DNA of 56,380 nucleotides from Oculatellaceae cyanobacterium bins.114 (GTDB lineage Bacteria; Cyanobacteriota; Cyanobacteriia; Elainellales; Elainellaceae): NCBI GenBank assembly GCA_033764315.1, contig JANRJA010000226.1, positions 1 to 56,380 of the forward strand, read 5' to 3'. Shown piece by piece: positions 41,804 to 50,172 of this stretch (position 1 is its first letter; each line of letters starts with the position of its first letter). The notes under the pieces were generated by a model. It saw only the letters and a program-made list of their open reading frames with translations, ran no database searches and was not told where the DNA came from. The position numbers and the translations under genes were made by a program.

Positions 41804-42823
41804 ATGTCTACTTTAGAACTCAACCTAATCAAGCTATATGTGCCACTGGTGACGTGGGTTGGGTTAGGAATTGGACTGGGATATAAGTTGCCTCAAAAAA
41901 TTCCTTTTTATTTAGGCAAATTTTTATTTTGGATTGGCGTCCCAATCAGTATTGTCACTTTCTTGCGGCAAGCTGACTTGTCTGGCTCTGTTTGGGTTGC
42001 CCCAGTTGTCGCCTGGACAGCCATGCTAACCTGTATGGCTTTAGCCTGGAGTTGGATTCAACTCCAACGCTATTGTAACGAACTCTTTCAAGGCAATGTT
42101 GAACAGCAGGTTCGGCTTTTAGAGCATCGCTCAAACTGGCTTCACAAACTAACTCTGTCACTGCGAGCTGAGTGGAGTAAACCAGCTCAAGGCAGCTTTT
42201 TGTTGGCCGCAATGGTGGGTAACACTGGGTATTTAGGCTATCCTGTCACGCTTGCCCTGGTGGGACCGCAATACTTTGCCTGGGCGTTGTTTTATGACAC
42301 GTTAGGCAGCACTCTAGGAGCCTATGGTTTAGGGGTGGCGATCGCCGCGCGCTTTGGCATGAGCACACCCAACCATTGGCGACTCTTACAGGCCATGATC
42401 AGCAATCCAGGCTTATGGAGTTTTTTCTTAGGATTAGGCTTTCGTCAGGTGACGTTGCCAGATTTGATGGAACAAGGACTCAGAGCGGCTGCCTGGGGAG
42501 TAATCGCTCTGTCATTGTTGCTATTGGGAATGCGTTTAAGTCAACTCACCTCGTGGCGCAATGTGCAGCGAGCCGCGTTGAGTCTAGGCATCAAAATGTT
42601 GATTGTGCCTCTTGCTCTCGGAATGGGCTTGTCTTATCTAGGTGTCACGGGTGCTCCACAACTCGTGATCGTGTTGCAAATGGCGATGCCTCCTGCCTTT
42701 GCAACTCTAGTGATCGGTGAAGCCTATAACCTCGATCGAGAGTTAACCGTCACAGCATTGGCGATCGGTTCAATTGGGTTGTTATTCCTGCTGCCCCTAT
42801 GGTTGTGGCTTTTTACGGGATGA
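41804..42823 (+). CDS. AEC family transporter
   Basis: GNTGYLGYP, LLLLGMRL, LGIKMLIVP, LQMAMPPAF. Confidence 0.9.
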   Translation: MSTLELNLIKLYVPLVTWVGLGIGLGYKLPQKIPFYLGKFLFWIGVPISIVTFLRQADLSGSVWVAPVVAWTAMLTCMALAWSWIQLQRYCNELFQGNVEQQVRLLEHRSNWLHKLTLSLRAEWSKPAQGSFLLAAMVGNTGYLGYPVTLALVGPQYFAWALFYDTLGSTLGAYGLGVAIAARFGMSTPNHWRLLQAMISNPGLWSFFLGLGFRQVTLPDLMEQGLRAAAWGVIALSLLLLGMRLSQLTSWRNVQRAALSLGIKMLIVPLALGMGLSYLGVTGAPQLVIVLQMAMPPAFATLVIGEAYNLDRELTVTALAIGSIGLLFLLPLWLWLFTG

Positions 42824-42830
42824 GAATTAA

Positions 42831-43391
42831 TTAACCAACCCAATTCACAGCGTCGTCTGAGGAATTTACTGGAGGTAAAGGCTTGGCAATGGGTACATCT
42901 CGACGAGCATGTTGAGCCGCTGCCGGATTGGTGCCATTAGTGGTATTTGTACTATTTGTTTGAGCTGTACTATTTGTTTGAGCTGTATTATTTGCTTGAG
43001 CTGCACTATTTGTTTGATTTGCTCTCGGATCAGCTGGTTTAGCGGTTTCGGGGCGGCGTGGTGGAACCTGACGCTGTTGGCGCACCGTTTCTTGACCCTG
43101 ATGAACCGTTTCTTGATACTTGCGCTCATAAGCCCGCCGCTCAGGGATGACAACCTTTTGCATCAAGAACTCAACGGTTTGCTCTTTGACCCAACCTCGT
43201 GCTGCAATAATTTCTCCTAATTGCATACGGGTACCCGTCATTTGCTCTGTCATCTTCTGATCATTTAGAGCAACATCAAGCTGGGCGGTAGTTAATAGAC
43301 CTGCTTCAACCAGATAACTACCTAACCGCTTTTTGATGCCGGTTAGGCTTGAAACTGTTTGAACTCGATAGCGATCGCTCCTATCTCGCAT
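42831..43391 (-). CDS. Stand-alone MshEN-like (c-di-GMP-binding motif) protein with repeat tail
   Basis: RLGSYLVEAGLLTTAQLDVALNDQ...QLGEIIAARGWV. Confidence 0.7.
   Translation of the reverse strand: MRDRSDRYRVQTVSSLTGIKKRLGSYLVEAGLLTTAQLDVALNDQKMTEQMTGTRMQLGEIIAARGWVKEQTVEFLMQKVVIPERRAYERKYQETVHQGQETVRQQRQVPPRRPETAKPADPRANQTNSAAQANNTAQTNSTAQTNSTNTTNGTNPAAAQHARRDVPIAKPLPPVNSSDDAVNWVG
42946..43017 (-). repeat. 18-bp coding tandem repeat x4 (QTNSTA-like)
   Basis: QTNSAA-QANNTA-QTNSTA-QTNSTN. Confidence 0.85.
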
Positions 43392-43698
43392 GTTTCACTC
43401 CGCGAAATCGTTTTCAAGTAAGTTGAGTTAAACGGGGCAGAAGCAATGCTTGTAAGAATCTGCCGAGCCGCTTAAAACCATATCGACTGAAAGTAACAGC
43501 GAATGGTTGCAACGATTGTTAATCTCTACTGTTAATGGTTAAGTCAAGAGCATTTTAGAGATTCTACATAGTATAGCAACTGATTTATGAAAACTTCACT
43601 GACCTATGTAGTGAAACTTCGTAGAACCCTCTACACCGGGAGAAAGCCTCATTCCTGAAAACGGAACATTTTAAATAGAGGATTAGATAGAGGATGTC

Positions 43699-43822
43699 TA
43701 ATACCCCTTCTCCAAATTCGAGCTACTGATCAGGCTGCCTTCGACTGCGTTCAGGGGACGCTGCCTGAGCGTAATTGAAGGGGATATCTGTAGGACTGGA
43801 CTACTTTAAGGAATTGGTATAA
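43699..43822. mobile_element. MITE family A copy
   Basis: TAATACCCCTTCTCCAAATTC..GGAATTGGTATAA. Matches 38786-38904. Confidence 0.85.
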
Positions 43823-43872
43823 GCCGTTTTTGGCGGCTCAAACCGTGGCTACAAAAAAACAAGGCCGCAACA

Positions 43873-44027
43873 GGGATAAGAATTTTGGCGGTTGAAACTG
43901 CAACTACAGGAGCAAAACCGACCTGCGTCGGTTCAGTAAACCTTTGATTTTGGTAGTCCGCGATGGCGGACTTTGCTCTGGTAGCCGCGAATTTATTCGC
44001 TAGGCTCTTAAACCGAACTGACGTTAA
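43873..44027 (-). mobile_element. MITE family B copy (inverted, one end truncated)
   Basis: Reverse complement of 3435-3590. Preceded by a decayed partial copy at 43823-43872. Confidence 0.85.
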
Positions 44028-44084
44028 TCCAGTCTTTGTGTAACCTGTGTAGGGAAGTTGTGCCCTTGTAGCCGACAGCTCAAT

Positions 44085-44128
44085 GGCTCGACTGAGCATC
44101 GCCGAGCGTCTGAGCTTACGCCGAAGTC
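44085..44128. repeat. Very short dispersed repeat
   Basis: GGCTCGACTGAGCATCGCCGAGCGTCTGAGCTTACGCCGAAGTC. Confidence 0.7.
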
Positions 44129-44161
44129 TGCGACTTGAGTTGCCAATGCTGTCGGAAGGCA

Positions 44162-44938
44162 TTACCACTGGGTAAAGTTCTGTGAGAATTGCTCTAGCGA
44201 GAGCAACTGAATGCGATCGTCGTGCTGAGCCAAATCGCGATCGCCCCTCGTGTTATAGCCCCAATCTGCCAAAAATAATCTAACGGCAGCTAAATCAGGT
44301 TGGGTCTTAATGGTTTGCAGTGTTTTTAGCCGATCTTCAATAAACCAGATTTGCGCTTGAGGCTCAGCTTGCAACAATTGGCGTAGAGTTTCGGCTTTGG
44401 GTTGGCGTTGCTCTTTGCCAAAAATTTGAGATTCTGCCAGATCAATGTTTTCTTGATGTAAAAGCTGGCGCACAAACCGACCTTCTTTGGTTGTGATGAT
44501 GACGATTTTGATCTCAGAGGTGAGAACGGCACGCAGGCGATCGCCAACGCCGGGATAAAAACGGTGTTGACTCAACCAATGCTCTAGATCTGCTGCAATC
44601 CACTCATCTCGATAGCCATCGACAGCCGCACTCAACTCAGCAGGCGTTAAGCCATCTTGAGTGATTTGTGCCTGGACAATGGCCCCCCAATTCCCTAAGA
44701 TTTCTGCTTCTGGCACCCCCAAGAGGAGCGATCGCAACACCACAGGCATCTCCCATCCCGTTTCGACGACCGGACGCAAACGATAAAACTGAGGTGCCAG
44801 GTTGTCTGGCGGTGTGGAGTGGGTGGGATGCCAGATGCGGCAGTAGGCTTGCCACGCCGTCTGAAAATATTCAATCAGACCATCACAAATCACCCCATCA
44901 AAATCGAGGGCTAGCAGAGTTGGAGTTGACTGCGCCAT
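44162..44938 (-). CDS. HAD family hydrolase
   Basis: ALDFDGVICD, ITTK, FIEDRLKTL, LADWGYN. Confidence 0.9.
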   Translation of the reverse strand: MAQSTPTLLALDFDGVICDGLIEYFQTAWQAYCRIWHPTHSTPPDNLAPQFYRLRPVVETGWEMPVVLRSLLLGVPEAEILGNWGAIVQAQITQDGLTPAELSAAVDGYRDEWIAADLEHWLSQHRFYPGVGDRLRAVLTSEIKIVIITTKEGRFVRQLLHQENIDLAESQIFGKEQRQPKAETLRQLLQAEPQAQIWFIEDRLKTLQTIKTQPDLAAVRLFLADWGYNTRGDRDLAQHDDRIQLLSLEQFSQNFTQW

Positions 44939-44943
44939 GACGT

Positions 44944-45780
44944 TTATCCTTGCGATTGCCGGAATAAGTGAGAATGGTCAGGATTATAAAGGCGCGATCG
45001 GGCTTTTGCAGCGGTTAAGGCTGGGCTAATGACATACAACGTTGTCCGAATTAGCTTTTCTCGTTCTGTGAGAGATGCCATTTCATTGAGGGGTACTACC
45101 CAGATTTTTTCGTCTGACCAACCGATGCGAAAACAGACCGCAACGGGTGTTTCTGGGGCATAGTGTGCCATTAGGGCCGTTTGGGCTGACTCTACATGGC
45201 GAGCACTGAGATAGAGACAGAGACTGGCACGATGCGCTGCTAGAGAGGCTAGTTCCTCGGTTGGAGGCACTTGAGTGCGCCCGCTGATGCGTGTCAAGAT
45301 GATGGTTTGCACTAACTCCGGCACGGTTAGTTCAACCTGGAGCCGTGCGGCGGCGGCTTGAAAAGCACTAATTCCGGGAATCACCTCAAAAGGAACCTCG
45401 GCACTGGCCAGAGCTTGAATTTGCTCGTGAATCGCACTGTAGAGACTGGGATCGCCAGAGTGTAGCCGCACAACAGACTGGTGCGATCGCACGCGATCAA
45501 TCATCAACGGCAAAATGTCTTCCAGCGTTTTATTGGCAGTGCCAATCACCTCTGCATCAGGCCGCACCATTTGTAACAGGGGCTTAGGCACCAATGAATC
45601 GGCAAATAAAATCACATCTGCTTGAGACAACAGTTTTTGGGCTTTGATCGTCAACAACTCTGGATCACCAGGGCCTGCCCCGACTATATAAACCCCTGGA
45701 GTTAATCGGGTGGGTGAGGTCTGTTGAGCTTGAGTGGATAGTTGCCCTGATGCAGAGCCTTGAATTTGAGCAGCAGTCAT
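44944..45780 (-). CDS. cobM: Precorrin-4 C11-methyltransferase
   Basis: VGAGPGDPELLT, RLHSGDPSLYSAIHEQ, ELTVPELVQTIILTR, SRLYNPDHSHLFR. Confidence 0.95.
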   Translation of the reverse strand: MTAAQIQGSASGQLSTQAQQTSPTRLTPGVYIVGAGPGDPELLTIKAQKLLSQADVILFADSLVPKPLLQMVRPDAEVIGTANKTLEDILPLMIDRVRSHQSVVRLHSGDPSLYSAIHEQIQALASAEVPFEVIPGISAFQAAAARLQVELTVPELVQTIILTRISGRTQVPPTEELASLAAHRASLCLYLSARHVESAQTALMAHYAPETPVAVCFRIGWSDEKIWVVPLNEMASLTEREKLIRTTLYVISPALTAAKARSRLYNPDHSHLFRQSQG

Positions 45781-45802
45781 GGAAAGATGGAGCCTCGTAA
45801 AT

Positions 45803-45915
45803 GTGGAAGAGACGCGATTAATCGCGTCTGTACTAGGGAATAGGCGTGTGGGAGAGACGGGACGCTTTACTGGGGAATGGGCGTATGGGAGGGACGCGAT
45901 TAATCGCCGTGCTGT
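45803..45915. repeat. Decayed tandem array of REP palindromes
   Basis: AGACGCGATTAATCGCGTCT at 45810 and a second copy at about 45892. Linker TACT(A/G)GGGAAT(A/G)GGCGT(G/A)TGGGAG repeats with a 37-bp period. Confidence 0.7.
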
Positions 45916-46011
45916 GTTGAGTGAAAAGGTGAGTGCCGATTAACACCTTTTCCCCTACATAATCATGGGAATTGGCATAACTTTAAGAACCTATCAACAT
46001 TTATAAAAAAT

Positions 46012-46117
46012 GGGTGAAGCACTCCTGTTATTCCGGAAACAATAGGGGTCTCTAGTAAGAGGGAATGGTAGATGCACCCTGATTCAGACCCCGAAGGAAA
46101 CTTCGGGGTTTTTCTTT
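46012..46117 (+). ncRNA. Candidate small RNA with intrinsic terminator
   Basis: TATAAA at 46002-46007. Paired 5' domain. Terminator ACCCCGAAG-GAAA-CTTCGGGGT-TTTTCTTT. No plus-strand gene upstream. Confidence 0.55.
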
Positions 46118-46180
46118 GCAATGATGCAGTCACGCAAAAAACTAGTGTATCAAGATTGTCAGAATAAACCAGCCCAAAAA

Positions 46181-46285
46181 TATAGCTTTGGTCAGAAAGC
46201 TTAAGGCAAAGGCAATGGCTCAAATCCTGATGCTGGGAAAGCTTTCTGACTCGCCTCCGCCCCATTGAATGTGGCTACGGCTATA
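46181..46285. repeat. TATAGC..GCTATA-ended MITE with hairpin cargo
   Basis: Cargo arms GTCAGAAAGCTT / AAGCTTTCTGAC. Right end TGTGGCTACGGCTATA is complementary to the left end of the element at 55394. Confidence 0.55.
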
Positions 46286-46351
46286 AAAGGGCGCATTCAA
46301 TACGCCCCATAGCAGAGTTAGTCATGGTCGAACGCGATCGCTCAAGGATTT

Positions 46352-48232
46352 TTAGGTTCGGGCACTCAACCCAACCAGACTGAGTGGGGTGGGAGTTGTG
46401 CCTGGTGTTGTTCCTGTGCCTGGTGTTGAGGTCACCGTTCCCAAAGGGGTAGCCACTCCGGTTGTCAGGTTAATGCTATACACCGTTGAACCTGAAGTAG
46501 CGTAAGCCGTATTCACACCACTGGCATCCGTAAAGATGTCAAAGCCACTGTTGGGGCCAAAATCAACTCCCAATGCGCCAACACTAAACAGATTGCCTGT
46601 GTTGGGTGAGATGGGTGTGCCATCGTTGCTGCCTTGGCGGACTAAAATGTCGAGGGCAGTGTCAATGCCAAACAGAGTGGTTGTGGCGGTGCCTGCAAAG
46701 TTGTTGGTATAGGCAACAGCCGTAACGGTTGGATTGGTGCCAAAGCGGGTGTCACCTGTTGCATACGCCAAAGCGGTATCGGTTTGAATCCCTGCTGTAG
46801 CTGGGTCAAAGTCTGCGATCGCCCCTGTGATTGGATTCAACCGAGCATTTTCATCAAGATCAGTCACTAAGCGGATGCGATCGACCGTGGGGTTAAAGTC
46901 TATCCCCAAACTAGTGCCCGTTAGAGCAGGGGTGAAGGTCGTGCTGCTGATGGCAGTTGCTGCTCCAGTTGCCAGATTAATGGTGTATAGCTTGCTAGCA
47001 CTGCTGACCCCAAATAACTCCCCTGTTGCCGGACGAAAATCAATGCCTCGTAACGTTTCTCCAGTGGTTAACCCGGTCACAGGAATATTAACGGCTTTGT
47101 CGAGCTTGTCAGGGTTAAAGGCAACTACCGTATTGGTGTCAGTCAACCCAAACAATCGCAGGGGAGCCGATGCAAAGTTGAGCGTGTATTCCACTGAGGT
47201 GTTAGTTGTAGCTGGAAAGACGCGGACAAAGTAAGTGCCTGCGGCAAGGCTCTGGTTAATCAGGTCTTCGGTGGTGCCTGTATTGCTTGAACTGCCGATG
47301 ACGCTGCCTGTGCTATTGAGCAGTTCTAAATTGGCATCTGCTGACAACCCATTCAGTGCCAAATTGAGGTTGCTAGGAGAGGTCAAGTTCACCCGGTAAA
47401 AGTCTTCTGGGTCACTGGCTCCGACAAAGTCATCAAAATCGTCGATGCTGGGGGTGATGTTAATCGGACGTGCCGTTGTGGTGTCGTCGTCATCAGAACT
47501 GATAAACAGCGATTGGAAGTTAAGTTTAAGCTTATAGCGAGTTCCACCGCCATTACTTCTAAAATCAATTCTGAGGAAATAAGTTCCGGCTTCTAGAACC
47601 TGGTTGATCAGTTCAGATAAGTTGCCGCCTCTAGCAGAAAAGGCGATCCGCTGACGACGGCTATTAAAAATAGTAAGGTTAGCGTTGTTACTCAAACCTT
47701 GCAACAGAGTAGTGCAAGTGCTGCGGCTGCTGAGGTCAAATCGGTAAAAATCAAAGCGATCGCTGCCACCCCCATCATCGTCATCATCGTCATCATCTCC
47801 AAAGCTGCCCAACGAGTCGTTAAAGACAAAGCTGCCTTTTAGCTTGTTTTTGCCAGAGCGAATGCGAAACGCCCTCGAAAAACTGTTGCCTGCATCCTGA
47901 CTAACAGAGCAGACAAAGCGATAGTTGGTGTCACCTTCAATTCGATTAATCCGAATAAAGTAAGTGCCTGCGCTCAGTTGCCGACTGATCGATTCGCTAT
48001 CGTCATCATCCTCCTCAGAGGAAATAATCTCTCGACCTCGACTATCGTATAGGGCTAAATCAGCATTTCCCTCTAAACCACTGACCAAACAGGTGAAATT
48101 GCTCCGACCTGTGAGTTTAATTCTGTAAAAATCAAGTTTGTCAAATTCAGCGAGTGATTCTCGAATGACGGCTCGACCATTTCTAAACCGAATATCTGAG
48201 GCATCTGAAAATCGATTACCAGCATCTGTCAT
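46352..48232 (-). CDS. Surface/secreted protein: three PPC-like domains plus DUF4394-like beta-propeller
   Basis: Repeated DFYR..L.GL..NA(D/N)L..E.I...L.AGTYF, then RGIDFRPATGELFG, GIDFNPTVDRIR, AYTNN. ATG at 48232 with SD AAGGA. Confidence 0.85.
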   Translation of the reverse strand: MTDAGNRFSDASDIRFRNGRAVIRESLAEFDKLDFYRIKLTGRSNFTCLVSGLEGNADLALYDSRGREIISSEEDDDDSESISRQLSAGTYFIRINRIEGDTNYRFVCSVSQDAGNSFSRAFRIRSGKNKLKGSFVFNDSLGSFGDDDDDDDDGGGSDRFDFYRFDLSSRSTCTTLLQGLSNNANLTIFNSRRQRIAFSARGGNLSELINQVLEAGTYFLRIDFRSNGGGTRYKLKLNFQSLFISSDDDDTTTARPINITPSIDDFDDFVGASDPEDFYRVNLTSPSNLNLALNGLSADANLELLNSTGSVIGSSSNTGTTEDLINQSLAAGTYFVRVFPATTNTSVEYTLNFASAPLRLFGLTDTNTVVAFNPDKLDKAVNIPVTGLTTGETLRGIDFRPATGELFGVSSASKLYTINLATGAATAISSTTFTPALTGTSLGIDFNPTVDRIRLVTDLDENARLNPITGAIADFDPATAGIQTDTALAYATGDTRFGTNPTVTAVAYTNNFAGTATTTLFGIDTALDILVRQGSNDGTPISPNTGNLFSVGALGVDFGPNSGFDIFTDASGVNTAYATSGSTVYSINLTTGVATPLGTVTSTPGTGTTPGTTPTPLSLVGLSART

Positions 48233-48717
48233 ATGGGTGCTTCCTTGTGGATGTAGATTGGAGAAATCGCAGCAAAAAAGAGGGTAGAACACAGCAAGAA
48301 AGCCCTTGTGAAGAGCCTAATTCTGCGATCGCACCTGTTCTAACGAGCCCTGTAAAGGGTGGTCACATGGATTAGGGAAATTAGCCTTGAAGGGGGTAAA
48401 CACCCTGTCCTAACCCGACATGGCTGTTGCCATAGCTGCAATAGCTATGGACGGAAATCGTTTCTAGCTCAGTACATTTCTGGCTAGTGCATCTCTAGCC
48501 AGTGCATCTGAAACCCATCAAATTATCTCAAACTCACGTTTCCATTACAGAATTCAGATGATATGAAGCGGGACACCATACACGTAGCAATCACTTAGAC
48601 TCAACGTGTCTTGTACTGTTCCCGCCTATCTCAAAACGAAACGTAAAGCCTCTAAAGGATGGCTTGGACTGGGGTGCAGGGGCGAACCCCCAGACAAACT
48701 GCCTCCCCAATCGCCCA

Positions 48718-49617
48718 TTAAGGAGTCTGCGTTGCCAACATCTCACCATAAGGCGTGTCATGCAGATGGGCTTTTTCAACGGAGCCAAACAGCCTCAATT
48801 TGTCTTGAATAACCGCTTCCATTGCGGCGATCGCCTTTTCTGCCAGTTCCAGCAAATCACTGGCGGTGCCGCCACACATCTCTTCTTTCAAGGCGTGCAT
48901 GTAGGCTTGTCGCACTTCGGTGTTGACATTAAACTTGCACACGCCTAACTGAATCGATTGATGAATCATGGACGCGGGCAACCCCGACGCTCCATGTAAT
49001 ACCAAGGGCACCTCAACCCGTTCTCGAATTCGCTCTAGACGGGCAAAATCTAATCGGGGTGGGCTTTTATATTCCCCGTGCACATTACCAATAGTTACAG
49101 CTAGAACATCCACCTGAGTCTGATATACAAACTCTAGTGCCTGTTCTGGGTCGGTCATCTTAGCTTCTTTTTCGGCTACAGTTAGCCCATCTTCGGTGCC
49201 ACTGATGCGACCAATCTCAGCTTCTACCACTGCCCCATATTGGTGAGCTAGATGGGTCATCTTTTGGGTAAAGTCTAGATTTTGGGCATAGGGATAAATT
49301 GACCCATCTGCCATAATCGAGCGAACTCCGGCTTTGAGTGCTAACTGAATATCTGCCTCAGAACTACTGTGATCTAAATGCACCGCCACAGGCACCGTTG
49401 CTGAGTGAGCCGCTTCTAAACACAGTGCCACCAGCGGCAACTGACCGTATTTAAGAGCACTGGGGTGAAGTTGCAGCATAGTTGGGCTGCGATTGACTTC
49501 TGCGGCATTGATGACAGCTTTAACTCCTTCTAGGTTGTAAATGTTAAAGGCACCAATAGCATAGGCATTGCGGCGGGCGGTTTCTAATAGTTCTTGAGTT
49601 GAACTCAACATGGGCAT
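48718..49617 (-). CDS. Class II fructose/ketose-bisphosphate aldolase
   Basis: GAFNIYN, VHLDH, MADGS, VEAEIG, IGNVHG, LVLHGASG, KFNVNTE. ATG at 49617 or 49611. Confidence 0.92.
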   Translation of the reverse strand: MPMLSSTQELLETARRNAYAIGAFNIYNLEGVKAVINAAEVNRSPTMLQLHPSALKYGQLPLVALCLEAAHSATVPVAVHLDHSSSEADIQLALKAGVRSIMADGSIYPYAQNLDFTQKMTHLAHQYGAVVEAEIGRISGTEDGLTVAEKEAKMTDPEQALEFVYQTQVDVLAVTIGNVHGEYKSPPRLDFARLERIRERVEVPLVLHGASGLPASMIHQSIQLGVCKFNVNTEVRQAYMHALKEEMCGGTASDLLELAEKAIAAMEAVIQDKLRLFGSVEKAHLHDTPYGEMLATQTP

Positions 49618-49618
49618 C

Positions 49619-49858
49619 TTACACGTTGGGTAACACCCCAATCGGGGGTGGAATCAGAGACTCTGTTGGGCGAGAGCCAATTGGGGGCGGAATATTGAGC
49701 TTGACTGGAGTTGAGCCAATTGGAGGGGTAATGGGATAGGCCGGATAGATTTGGGCAACAACTCCCCCAATAGGCGGTGGAATAGGTTGATCAATGGGAT
49801 TCACTGGGGGAGTCCAACCAATCGGAGGGGGGATGGGGCGATAGTGATTAATACTCAT
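49619..49858 (-). CDS. Small Pro-rich peptide with five I[PT]PPIG repeats
   Basis: Repeats are conserved at amino-acid level with divergent synonymous codons. Stop lies 1 nt before an aldolase ATG. Confidence 0.75.
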   Translation of the reverse strand: MSINHYRPIPPPIGWTPPVNPIDQPIPPPIGGVVAQIYPAYPITPPIGSTPVKLNIPPPIGSRPTESLIPPPIGVLPNV

Positions 49859-50027
49859 CGTGCAGACCTATGCAGACTTATGGTGTAGCGGATGACGAAA
49901 CCTCTGACGCAGAGGGATAGTGAAGAATTAGATAGGGATGGCGAGCGTTCCTACCCTTAACGTTCTTGCAATTAAGGGCATTGAAGCGATGCGAAGCAAT
50001 TACTCCTTGAGGGGAATCGCAGCAGAG

Positions 50028-50134
50028 ATATAGCTCGGTGCAGCAGTTCTTAAATTTGCCCTTGCCATACCTGATTTTAGGAATATGGCTCGGTGCAGCG
50101 TTCTTAAATTTGCCCTTACTATACCTGGCTTTTA
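50028..50134. repeat. 55-bp tandem duplication
   Basis: ATAT(A/G)GCTCGGTGCAGC(A)GTTCTTAAATTTGCCCTT(GC/AC)(C/T)ATACCTG twice. Confidence 0.85.
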
Positions 50135-50172
50135 TTGCTTTTGTAATTAAAATCTGTAAACTAAATTATGGC

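Noticed and set aside
43806-44168. 120-aa minus-strand ORF
   Set aside because: Composed of MITE and short-repeat sequence.
45963-46265. 100-aa minus-strand ORF
   Set aside because: Begins in a MITE and runs antisense through the sRNA candidate. No coding signature.
45781-46351. Cobalamin riboswitch upstream of cobM
   Set aside because: No B12-box or GGGAA..GGTG..CCCGCAACTGT pattern found on the minus strand.
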